In this document: positions 17,953 through 26,100 of the stretch, in pieces
Layout: each line of letters starts with the position of its first letter
Numbering within the stretch: the stretch's first letter is position 1
Source of the DNA: an uncultured Erysipelotrichaceae bacterium
GTDB lineage: Bacteria > Bacillota_I > Bacilli_A > Erysipelotrichales > Erysipelotrichaceae
DNA: 32,000 bases
Direction: 5' to 3'
Assembly (NCBI GenBank): GCA_964401865.1
Contig: CAYNZZ010000006.1
Location: forward strand, 33,398 to 65,397
Notes under the pieces: generated by a model
What the model was told of the DNA's origin: nothing
Databases searched by the model: none
Seen by the model: only the letters and a program-made list of their open reading frames with translations
Translations under genes and position numbers: made by a program

Positions 17953-19137
17953 CTATATTAAATTAAAAAATTCTTCTACCACTTCAGTGAAATCACCACA
18001 TACGATTAAATGGTGATTACCGATAGGATCGTTCAAGAAATAATCAACACCATCATCTAAATGTACCATAATTTGCGTGCGGCACAAATTATTTTCATTT
18101 AAGTTCTTAATGATTTCGCCCTTTTGAACATAGTATCTCGATAAATCACCAGCACATTTAAACATGGTACATTTTCCTAATGGAATCTCACCTGCAATTG
18201 CCACTCCTAAATTAGATTCAAAGTGCGTGTTTAATTTATAGCTACACGGCATATTTAATGGAAGCGTACAATGAGCCAATGTGATATTTTTATCAGTCGT
18301 GCTTATCCTTGAAGGATTGCACATAAATACCGGTTTGTCGCTCAATTCTCCAAGCAATACCATCGAAACAAGTGTTTGCATGTCTCCTTCGCATCCACCA
18401 TAAATTCCACAAGCATTTAAAATGGCTAATCCTAAGCAACCAGTAGTCTTGAATGGTTTTAATAAATCAAAGCATCTAACGGTTATTGCCTTTAAATTGT
18501 ATTCATCTTTTATTCTCTTGAATGCTCCATAAACATATAAAGCATTTTCCAACTCATCTCTATCAAAATCATGGTTTTTCAAATCAAGAGTAAATTCATC
18601 ATCTTCATATTGATTCTTAGATATTTCTTCAAATACTTCCTGCATTGAAACATGCACAACTTCCATACCTAGTGTATCATTGATTTTTTCTTCATCAACA
18701 TCAGAAGCAATCAACCAATCAGAAGCTTCTCCTAATTTGCCTAAACGCATACCCTTTAAATTATGTAACACCATCTTTACTTTAACTAAATTATTTAAGC
18801 GTTTTGCAACATCATCAACATCACCATGAAGAATAAGACCTTTCTTACCCATTTTCTTGAAATAAGATAAAATCTCTAAACTGGCTGCCAAGGAATTATT
18901 TTCGCCAGTAGTCAATAGAATAACAGGTTCCTGAAATTTATTAATCAACGCTTTTAATTTTCCTTCGGTGCCACCACCACCAATTAATATAACTTCACTC
19001 GCATTATCGACATGATTATCTATATGAAATCTCATTCCTGTCTTTAAACTTAACTCATTTAAAAATACTTCATTATGTTCTTTATGAATTTCTTCATTTT
19101 CATTATCACTTAGAAAAAAATGTACATTTACATCCAT
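17953..19137 (-). CDS. L-fucose/L-arabinose isomerase-family-like protein (function unknown)
   Basis: 394 aa from the ATG at 19137 (SD GGAGGAAC 4 nt upstream). The motifs GCEGDMQT and GNHHLIVCGD resemble the metal-binding blocks of the FucI/AraA superfamily. This is a by-eye assignment only. Confidence 0.4.
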   Translation of the reverse strand: MDVNVHFFLSDNENEEIHKEHNEVFLNELSLKTGMRFHIDNHVDNASEVILIGGGGTEGKLKALINKFQEPVILLTTGENNSLAASLEILSYFKKMGKKGLILHGDVDDVAKRLNNLVKVKMVLHNLKGMRLGKLGEASDWLIASDVDEEKINDTLGMEVVHVSMQEVFEEISKNQYEDDEFTLDLKNHDFDRDELENALYVYGAFKRIKDEYNLKAITVRCFDLLKPFKTTGCLGLAILNACGIYGGCEGDMQTLVSMVLLGELSDKPVFMCNPSRISTTDKNITLAHCTLPLNMPCSYKLNTHFESNLGVAIAGEIPLGKCTMFKCAGDLSRYYVQKGEIIKNLNENNLCRTQIMVHLDDGVDYFLNDPIGNHHLIVCGDFTEVVEEFFNLI

Positions 19138-19189
19138 AAAAGTTCCTCCACATTCAATTTTATATGATAAATCTTCTATAAACAAATAC

Positions 19190-19226
19190 AAAAAAATGGC
19201 TTGGTAGCTATTTAGCCATCAAGCCA
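19190..19226 (-). terminator. Rho-independent terminator after bsh
   Basis: The minus strand reads TGGCTTGATGGCTAAATAGCTACCAAGCCA followed by TTTTTTT. Confidence 0.7.
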
Positions 19227-19243
19227 CATTTAATAGATTGAAT

Positions 19244-20221
19244 TCATTTATTGATAAAATTAAATTTTTCAACATCTTTAATAGGGTAGCTAATCATTTC
19301 ATTTCCATCTAGATTCTCAGCATGCATATCAAGCGCATTAATTTGATGATTATTGTATGTAGTATAGTAATAAATACCCTTATCTAAGTTGCAACAAGAT
19401 GTATAAATAGTATATTCATATGCACCTTTTCTAACTTCGCAACAACCCTTTTGCTGCTCAACAGATGCAAGAATATGGAAAAACTGACTAACACTTTCCA
19501 TTTCATTATCGTAAGTAAAAGAATTGACTTTCGTAAATGCCGCCTTGATAAAGCGTGATTGCGAAGATAAATCACCCGGCAAACCAATGCCGCCCATTCC
19601 TCGACTATATATTTTTAGCGGTACTCCAAAATGATTTTCAGGATCCTTATTAGAAACATTAATATAATTATTCAAATTGAACATTTGATAATCAAATGGT
19701 GGATTATTAGTCAATATGCCAATTGTATTATCATAAATATTCAAGCCGTCTTTTGTTGCCTCAACCGTGATTGTTTCTCTGTTATCGGAAATTAACCAAT
19801 GCAAAGCGGCAATAGGAAGTTTATCACTATATGGTTCATCAAGCAAATTTATGCGTGCCAATAATCTTTTAACTTCTTCAATATTTGCGCATTGTCCTAA
19901 AACCCACGGAATAAACTCAAATTGAGTAATATTGTCTACATCATCATTTTCATTAAGCTTATTATATTTCGCATTACCAACAAAATTAAGCCCCGCCATA
20001 CCTAAGCCAGCCTCATTGATTGCATCATAAAATAATGGATCTTCATCTATAACACAAGCCATTCCGATTATCGAATAATGATTATCATTTAAACCAGCAT
20101 GTCTGAAATGAAACGGATATTTCCTAGGTGTGATTACAACTTTTTCACCATAAGAAAAATCATAATCTAAATTTCTTCCAAAATAAGCATCCTTTGAAAA
20201 ATAAGTCGCTGCAGTACACAT
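19244..20221 (-). CDS. bsh: Choloylglycine (bile salt) hydrolase, Ntn-hydrolase family
   Basis: The N-terminus is MCTAATYF...FGRNLD (Cys2 nucleophile, Arg/Asp pair). It is 325 aa with the typical blocks NEAGL and LTNNPPFDYQ. SD AAGAGGTGA. Confidence 0.9.
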   Translation of the reverse strand: MCTAATYFSKDAYFGRNLDYDFSYGEKVVITPRKYPFHFRHAGLNDNHYSIIGMACVIDEDPLFYDAINEAGLGMAGLNFVGNAKYNKLNENDDVDNITQFEFIPWVLGQCANIEEVKRLLARINLLDEPYSDKLPIAALHWLISDNRETITVEATKDGLNIYDNTIGILTNNPPFDYQMFNLNNYINVSNKDPENHFGVPLKIYSRGMGGIGLPGDLSSQSRFIKAAFTKVNSFTYDNEMESVSQFFHILASVEQQKGCCEVRKGAYEYTIYTSCCNLDKGIYYYTTYNNHQINALDMHAENLDGNEMISYPIKDVEKFNFINK

Positions 20222-20427
20222 ATTATCACCTCTTAGCTTCTATACTTTCAGTGTAATCTTTAAAATCTAAAAATACAATAATGGATATTTTCGCACCATC
20301 TAAAGAATACACTTTGATCTACAGTATTGGAATATTAAGATATTTGATGTCTTATGATTAAATATTCTTTATAATGTGTGTGAATTAATAACGTCAAATT
20401 GTAATTTTATGCTCTGTAAACTTCTAA

Positions 20428-20751
20428 TTATTTATATTCTTCAATAAATTCTTTTTCGATAAATTCCATAGTTGAAGACAAGTCACTATATCCTTTATAG
20501 CATGGCCATCCTTCAGGATTATTATTAGAATACGTCAAATGATATATCCTATATTCACCATCAAACAAAAACAGAACGTCATCTTTGGACTCGCATTTTG
20601 CTATTGAGGCGATTGTTTTGTCATGCGCTTTGTCACCTAATTCTTTTTTTAACTCTTCAATGAAATAATGATTTGAAAAAGGGATCATCGTCCAATTGAA
20701 ATCATCCCCGTATTTTTCATCAAAAACGGAAAACCAGTCTTCTGCAGTCAT
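20428..20751 (-). CDS. Hypothetical cytoplasmic protein (107 aa), orphan at the island edge
   Basis: Good SD (AAGGAGAT), acidic, no TM segment and no recognised motif. Confidence 0.5.
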   Translation of the reverse strand: MTAEDWFSVFDEKYGDDFNWTMIPFSNHYFIEELKKELGDKAHDKTIASIAKCESKDDVLFLFDGEYRIYHLTYSNNNPEGWPCYKGYSDLSSTMEFIEKEFIEEYK

Positions 20752-20801
20752 ATTTTTAATCTCCTTTAGAATCCTTAGATTAGTGCAACAAATTAATCTC
20801 T

Positions 20802-21485
20802 CTATTTATTAATATCACTGGAAACGACCTTAGCATACTTGGAGAAGGTGTTTCTAGAGATATGATGCTTTCTTAAAAGTTCTGCAATGGAAATAGTCTT
20901 TTCACCAACATTCTGGCAAAGGTACTTCCTTATATCCTCTTTAAGTTCATCATTCATCTTATCTAAATGACCAATAGCTCTTCCTGGCTTTTTGTCAGAG
21001 GCAGCCATGCCATCTTTTGTACGCTTGGATAATGTCAATCTTTCCTGTTCTGCTCTATTGAGTTCAACAATCAGCAAAAGCTTAACAGTTGATTCTAAAG
21101 ATACCTGCGCAACAAGATCCTGCTGCTCAGCAACACGAAGCAATTCTTTAATATACGCAGTAGAAACTGTTGGATTATCAATGAAGACAAGCTCTATGCC
21201 CTTCTTCATTAAACTCATGTATTTGTCATAACCATTAAGGGCTTCTCTTGTAAACCTTGAGATGTCTTTAAAGACGATGGTATCTCCAACTCTCGCCAAT
21301 GCTTCCAGTTTTTGCCATTCTTTTCTGTTTTCAAAAGACTTGCCTGATTCATCTTCCATATAGCTTACAGAATAGATGATGTTATTATCCCTGGCATACT
21401 GCTCTAAAGCTTTTTGCTGTCTGGCATACTTCTGTTTCTGTCTTTCTTCTTTTGTTGATATTCTCATGTAAGCAAAATAAGCCAT
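20802..21485 (-). CDS. Small serine recombinase (resolvase/invertase family) with C-terminal HTH
   Basis: The N-terminus AYMRISTKE carries the catalytic Ser context. DISRFTRE is the conserved DRxxR-like block. The C-terminal HTH is ISIAELLRKHHISRNTFSKY. The start overlaps the upstream stop (TAATG). Confidence 0.8.
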   Translation of the reverse strand: MAYFAYMRISTKEERQKQKYARQQKALEQYARDNNIIYSVSYMEDESGKSFENRKEWQKLEALARVGDTIVFKDISRFTREALNGYDKYMSLMKKGIELVFIDNPTVSTAYIKELLRVAEQQDLVAQVSLESTVKLLLIVELNRAEQERLTLSKRTKDGMAASDKKPGRAIGHLDKMNDELKEDIRKYLCQNVGEKTISIAELLRKHHISRNTFSKYAKVVSSDINK

Positions 21486-22432
21486 TAGTCATGACCTCCC
21501 AGGAAATTCATGATCAATGTTACCATTGTTTCCTTCTCTTCTGGCCTGCTCTCTGCCACCATCAAAGTAATTGCCACTAAAGCACTATTAGAAATGACCT
21601 GGCTTCCATTTCTTCTTAATGCATTATTCTTATTTAAAAACTCAAGGAATATTGAAGCACCAATTCTCTTGCAGCCATCCGCAAAAGGGTGGTCCTTGAT
21701 AAGGAAATAGAGAAGATTGGCAGCCTTCTCTTCAATGCTTGGATATACTTCCGTACCAAAGACATTCTGATAAACTGCTTCCAAAATACCATTCAGTTTG
21801 CCCTTCTCCTTTTCAACGCCAAATACATCAGAGTTAAACTTCATAGAATCAATCAGTTTTCTGCATTCCTCATAGTTAAGACGATAAAGGGTATCATTGC
21901 CTTCTGGACGGTTTAAACTCTGATGATCATAGTCATCTAGAAGATCCAAGGCCTTTGTATATTCAATTACAACCTTATAGACATCTTCCCCTTCAAACTC
22001 TAGTGCAGAAGCCAGCATCTTGGACTGAATCTCAATTGTCTTATTCAAAGACTCGAGTCTTTTCTCGTTGATGGCATAACCCTTGAGAATGTAATCTTTC
22101 AAAACTGAACTTGCCCATCTTCTGAAGGCAATGCCCTGTTTTGACTTGACACGATATCCAACAGAAATGATCATATCCAAGTTATAATGTTCTACCATTC
22201 GAGTTACGTCTCTTGTTCCTTCAGCTTGAACTGTCGCAAATTTTGCGACAGTTGAAAGTTCCGCCTCTTCCTTAAGAGCATTGTTGATATGTTTACCTAT
22301 TGTTTTGATGTCTCTTCCGAATAATTGAGCCAACTGTTCACGATTTAGCCATACAGTTTCCTGCTTTGGATCAATCTGAACTTCTATTTCGAGTTCACCA
22401 TCTTTATAAATAACTATTTCATTTCTATCCAT
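21485..22432 (-). CDS. RhuM-family N-terminal domain fused to a Fic/Doc-like domain
   Basis: The N-terminus IVIYKDGELEIEVQIDPKQETVWLNREQLAQLFGRDIKTIGKHINN...YNLDMIISVGYRVKS is RhuM-family-like. The C-terminus has a Fic/Doc core motif, HPFADGCKRIG. Confidence 0.7.
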   Translation of the reverse strand: MDRNEIVIYKDGELEIEVQIDPKQETVWLNREQLAQLFGRDIKTIGKHINNALKEEAELSTVAKFATVQAEGTRDVTRMVEHYNLDMIISVGYRVKSKQGIAFRRWASSVLKDYILKGYAINEKRLESLNKTIEIQSKMLASALEFEGEDVYKVVIEYTKALDLLDDYDHQSLNRPEGNDTLYRLNYEECRKLIDSMKFNSDVFGVEKEKGKLNGILEAVYQNVFGTEVYPSIEEKAANLLYFLIKDHPFADGCKRIGASIFLEFLNKNNALRRNGSQVISNSALVAITLMVAESRPEEKETMVTLIMNFLGGHD

Positions 22433-22485
22433 GTTTAGTTGTCTCCTTATAAAGTAGTATATCGTGCGATATATTGATTACCCAG

Positions 22486-22491
22486 ATTATA
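22486..22491 (-). promoter_or_regulatory. -10 box (TATAAT) for the RhuM/Fic-recombinase unit
   Basis: The minus strand reads AGTATAATCT 54 nt upstream of the ATG at 22432. The -35 position falls in the loop of the 13-bp inverted repeat and matches weakly (TGGATT). Confidence 0.35.
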
Positions 22492-22498
22492 CTATTCA

Positions 22499-22529
22499 AA
22501 ATAGTCAAAATCCATTATTTTGACTATTT
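22499..22529. repeat. Perfect 13-bp inverted repeat (AAATAGTCAAAAT / ATTTTGACTATTT, 5-nt spacer), candidate operator
   Basis: Read directly. The arms are 22499-22511 and 22517-22529. It is nested inside a second 10-bp inverted repeat, 22471-22480 / 22529-22538. Confidence 0.6.
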
Positions 22530-22551
22530 AATCAATATCGATTATTTATTT

Positions 22552-22587
22552 TTAAAAAATGACCATCCTTTTTCAGAATTGGCCATT
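22552..22587 (-). terminator. Terminator candidate ending the six-gene operon
   Basis: The minus strand reads AATGGCCA-attctgaaaaagga-TGGTCATT followed by TTTT (8-bp stem with one G-U pair), about 170 nt after the XRE stop. Confidence 0.4.
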
Positions 22588-22755
22588 TTTAGGCATTTTA
22601 AGCAACGTTTTGTGTTGGATGATGAGTATCATTAACTGAACGAATTTAACCGGTCAATTTTGGATCACTTTTCTCATTCTACAAAACGTTATGAAAATGA
22701 AACAGCATGCCATATCACGCCAATTCATTCCTTAGTCCAATCACAGATAAGTGTA

Positions 22756-22965
22756 TTATTGGTTTTCTGGAAGGACTTCCATAACATCATCTATACTACA
22801 TTCAAAATGTTTGCATATTTTGACCATTACTTCCATAGATACAATTTCATTCTTGCCAAGTTTTGCTAGAGTAGGACCACTGATTCCAACTTGCTTTGCA
22901 AACTGTGTTTTGCTTAATCCTTTATCAACGAGAAGTTTAAACAGATTGTTGTATTTGACATCCAT
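22756..22965 (-). CDS. XRE-family helix-turn-helix transcriptional regulator (69 aa)
   Basis: LSKTQFAKQVGISGPTLAKLGKNEIVSMEVMVKICKHF is a Cro/C1-type HTH. SD AAGGAG. It starts 11 nt after the DGQHR gene stop. Confidence 0.8.
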   Translation of the reverse strand: MDVKYNNLFKLLVDKGLSKTQFAKQVGISGPTLAKLGKNEIVSMEVMVKICKHFECSIDDVMEVLPENQ

Positions 22966-22976
22966 ATCCTGACTCC

Positions 22977-25283
22977 TTACAAAGTTAAAATGTTCATAAT
23001 CCAGTCATAGATAGACTTAACATAGCTGTATTCATCAACAGGAACACTGTAGCTATCTTTTGCAAGCTTATTATGGATAGAATTGACCTTAATAATCCAA
23101 TCTGTCTTAACATCTTTTCCGCCTTTTAACTTTTCTTCTTCAGGGCGAACAAAGGTATCTTCGAAATGCATCGACCAGTTATTACCATTCAATAAGATTG
23201 GCTTACATTCAGAGAACGGAACATAATCCCAAATTGGAATTTCTACATCTTCACCATCATTGCTAATTAGCTCATACATAGCCTCATCAGCAAGACCTTT
23301 TGCCTTTGTATAGATGTTCTTCGGTACTCCTTTGACTAACCAACTATCTCCGTAATAGTCTTGCAATCTTTCGGAAATAATTGACTTTACCTTGCTTTCA
23401 ATATCTTCAATCATTGCTTTAGTCTCGTCGTTGTAAATCTTCGTTTCATTTAACCAGTATTCCTCTAAACCAACCGGTTTGAAATCCGGTCTAGCGTCAG
23501 CGATTGCCTTTTGATATGCTCTCCAGAACCTAGTGTCTGCTCCACCACCAAAATAACCTCTTAAGTCTTTCTTTTGTTCAGCAGTCATTTTATTGATATA
23601 GTCCGATAGTGGCTTTAGATAATAACTTATCAAACCGAACATATCGTCTGCATCTTGTTTCTTTGGTTCGATCATTCCTTTGTCAACAAGCATGCACACA
23701 ACATCATCCAACACCCTAATTACAGCTTGCATGCCTCTATTCATTGTCAACATACCACTGTCTTTATCGCCCTTGTCCCATTCATCCAGACATGCCTCTC
23801 TGAGGTATAAAAGGCATTTTTCTAGGAAAGGATAGAAAAGATCACACGTCTCTTGATTTTGCCCACAATCAAAAGTTCCTTCTTTTTGAAGGACATTCTT
23901 TTTGCCATATGTATTGAAGAAATTGCTTTTCTTTAATGCAACTTGGATAGCTTCAACAGTAATACATCTTTCAGGCGTTACTTCATTTTCACCTATTACA
24001 ACTCTGCCATGTAAAGGAGATGTGGGTTCTTCGCCAAGCATCTGTGCAATTTTTGATCTTAGCGCCTGTCTCTGTTCACCTAAATCGCTCGATTCCCATA
24101 ACATATCTGCATTCAATGTTACACGCAATGACTTCGGAACAGCTTTTTGGTTTTCATTGATATCCATGAACAGCTTTATTTGTTCTGTTCTTTCCAAATC
24201 AACAAATGCAACGACAGGTATCGTGTTAGTTGAGGCATATTTAGAATCTGAGTAACCATAAAGACGATGTTGCCCATCAATGATATACGCAGATCTATAT
24301 CTCTTAGGAATATGTAAGACACCAATTTTAGATAAAGTTCCTTCTACTCTAGTAGATGATTGATCAAAAGTTAATCCCTTTCCGTTAGCGTCAATGCTGA
24401 TGATGATTGAGTTTGGGAAATACCCTCCATTGTCAATAAATGATTTAACATCTTGTAATCTTTTCTTCTTAATAATTCTTTGATAAGTAGGCATCATATT
24501 CTGGTTAGCTTCAGAGCGATGCAGCACATAGCCAATCTTTAATAATCTCTCCGGCTCAATCGAAAATGAGTAATATGTATATCCACCCATTTTTCCTTGA
24601 ATCGCAGGAACTCTGTCATCCATGTTTTTAATTTCCTGATTGGCAAATAGATTACCCAATAACTGGTATCTTGAACTTGAACCCAAATGTTTTGATAATT
24701 CTGAGTAGTACTCAACGGCAGAGTTATCAAAAAAGGTAATTCCATATTTATCAAGCTGAGCTAAGTCACGTCTATTTGTTATAAAGTTTCGTGATGCCCA
24801 GATAAATTTTATTTTTCTTCCTGGATATTGTTGGAGTATCTCCTTCCTCATGCCTTGTAGTTTGTTTCCGAAATCATTTATTTCCTCATAGAAGCTCTTT
24901 TCAACGACAACATCAGAAGCTTTACATACAACTGCCAGTATTGTCTCGTCATCCGCTGCGATAATATCAATGTTTTCCTTTAATTTTGGATCATGAAAAT
25001 CATAAGCAACCCTAACGCTTTCAAGAGAATTCATATTTGTAAAACCCATACTCAAAAAGAGTATCCATAGCTGATCTGTAAACTGTTCAATAGCTGGTTT
25101 TTCTTTTGAAACTGCAACAAACTTCGGATTCTTGAATTCCTTGGTTTTTTCCCAACCGAGGTCCACATATTTCGGAAGTTCAGATGCTAAGACCTTCTGG
25201 GTAACATCTTTCTTTTTTCTAGAATTCTTAATCGGCACTAAATCTTTTCCAGATACCATTACATCCCAATTAGTTCTTTCCAT
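22977..25283 (-). CDS. DGQHR-domain (DndB/DpdB-like, ParB/Srx-fold) protein with large N- and C-terminal extensions
   Basis: An exact DGQHR signature lies in SAYIIDGQHRLYGYS (codons at 24264-24278). At 768 aa it is roughly twice the length of a stand-alone DndB. Strong SD GAAGGAGG. The start overlaps the methylase gene by 14 nt. Confidence 0.75.
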   Translation of the reverse strand: MERTNWDVMVSGKDLVPIKNSRKKKDVTQKVLASELPKYVDLGWEKTKEFKNPKFVAVSKEKPAIEQFTDQLWILFLSMGFTNMNSLESVRVAYDFHDPKLKENIDIIAADDETILAVVCKASDVVVEKSFYEEINDFGNKLQGMRKEILQQYPGRKIKFIWASRNFITNRRDLAQLDKYGITFFDNSAVEYYSELSKHLGSSSRYQLLGNLFANQEIKNMDDRVPAIQGKMGGYTYYSFSIEPERLLKIGYVLHRSEANQNMMPTYQRIIKKKRLQDVKSFIDNGGYFPNSIIISIDANGKGLTFDQSSTRVEGTLSKIGVLHIPKRYRSAYIIDGQHRLYGYSDSKYASTNTIPVVAFVDLERTEQIKLFMDINENQKAVPKSLRVTLNADMLWESSDLGEQRQALRSKIAQMLGEEPTSPLHGRVVIGENEVTPERCITVEAIQVALKKSNFFNTYGKKNVLQKEGTFDCGQNQETCDLFYPFLEKCLLYLREACLDEWDKGDKDSGMLTMNRGMQAVIRVLDDVVCMLVDKGMIEPKKQDADDMFGLISYYLKPLSDYINKMTAEQKKDLRGYFGGGADTRFWRAYQKAIADARPDFKPVGLEEYWLNETKIYNDETKAMIEDIESKVKSIISERLQDYYGDSWLVKGVPKNIYTKAKGLADEAMYELISNDGEDVEIPIWDYVPFSECKPILLNGNNWSMHFEDTFVRPEEEKLKGGKDVKTDWIIKVNSIHNKLAKDSYSVPVDEYSYVKSIYDWIMNILTL

Positions 25284-26100
25284 CCTTTACCTCCTTCTCT
25301 GGTATGTTAGTGAATATGTATTCTTTTACTAACCCTCTTCTAGCGTTTCGGCCACCAATAACACTGTTTCTATTTTCGACTATCAGTCTTCCTTTGCTTG
25401 CAAATATATCAACAATTGTTTCGTGTGCCGCATTTGTCATAATGTAGTACGCTCCAACGCTATTTATATGGTCAATTAATTCCCCTAACCTTCTTTGATC
25501 GTCCATTGAGAATAATTTAGCGTTGTATTGAAGAAAGCCGTTTTTTACTTCCGCAACAACATATGGAGGATCAAGAAACACCAAATCTCCTTTTTTTATA
25601 TTCTTTTTTGAATCGGAAAAATCACCAGTACTAATTGTTGTGTTTTGTAGTTTACAACTTGCCCATTTTAATTTATCTATGTCGTGTGTATAATTTCGAT
25701 GCCCATACGGAACGTTGTATTTACCTTGACGATTGACGCGATATATTCCGTTAAACGACGTTGCGTTCAAGTAGATGAACTTTGCGGCTTTCTCACATAA
25801 AGTGTTTGGTTCAGATGATCGCATTGCATAATAGGCATCCTCTCCATTTTCATAGTTTTCTAAAACACCGGAAACACCATCTAAATCATCCCTTATTTGA
25901 ACATAAGCATTAATTAAATCCTCATTTATATCAGATAAATACGCTTGCTTATCTCGCTCTAATGAAAAGAAAATAGATGCACCACCTAAAAATGGTTCAA
26001 TATAATTATTAAACTCCAATCCATCGATTAGTTCTTTCACAAAAGGGATCAGCCATTTTTTCCCTCCGGCCCAACGCAAAAAAGAATGATTATTCATCAT
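25270..26100 (-). CDS. N6-adenine DNA methyltransferase, D12 class (Dam family)
   Basis: FLRWAGGKKWL and EPFLGGASIFF form the Dam-type SAM-binding region, and VFLDPPYV is catalytic motif IV (DPPY). 276 aa. Target sequence unknown. Confidence 0.85.
   Translation of the reverse strand: MMNNHSFLRWAGGKKWLIPFVKELIDGLEFNNYIEPFLGGASIFFSLERDKQAYLSDINEDLINAYVQIRDDLDGVSGVLENYENGEDAYYAMRSSEPNTLCEKAAKFIYLNATSFNGIYRVNRQGKYNVPYGHRNYTHDIDKLKWASCKLQNTTISTGDFSDSKKNIKKGDLVFLDPPYVVAEVKNGFLQYNAKLFSMDDQRRLGELIDHINSVGAYYIMTNAAHETIVDIFASKGRLIVENRNSVIGGRNARRGLVKEYIFTNIPEKEVKDGKN

Noticed and set aside
17931-17962. A 16-bp tandem duplication (TTTTATCTATATTAAT / TTTTATCTATATTAAA) at the 3' end of the isomerase-like gene.
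   Set aside because: It is very AT-rich, has only two copies, and the second copy overlaps the stop codon. It is most simply a slippage duplication, and I cannot support any functional implication.
20222-20427. A search for island attachment-site repeats or a tRNA target at the left boundary.
   Set aside because: Only short AT-rich symmetries (e.g. GAATATT...AATATTC) were found, and these are expected by chance. There is no tRNA-like sequence. The other island end is outside the window, so direct repeats cannot be paired.
22559-22639. A 26-aa hydrophobic ORF (MTILFQNWPFLGILSNVLCWMMSIIN) on the plus strand, considered as a type I toxin.
   Set aside because: It has no Shine-Dalgarno sequence and no charged tail typical of type I toxins. 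Its start lies inside the predicted minus-strand terminator hairpin of the defence operon. A 24-aa minus-strand ORF nearby (MNWRDMACC...) also lacks proper SD spacing.
22433-22755. The intergenic region considered as a recombinase-driven invertible promoter (inverton).
   Set aside because: The inverted repeats found are separated by only 5-48 nt, too close to flank an invertible promoter segment. I found no longer-range inverted repeat pair bracketing the 323-bp region. An operator or res-like role seems more likely.
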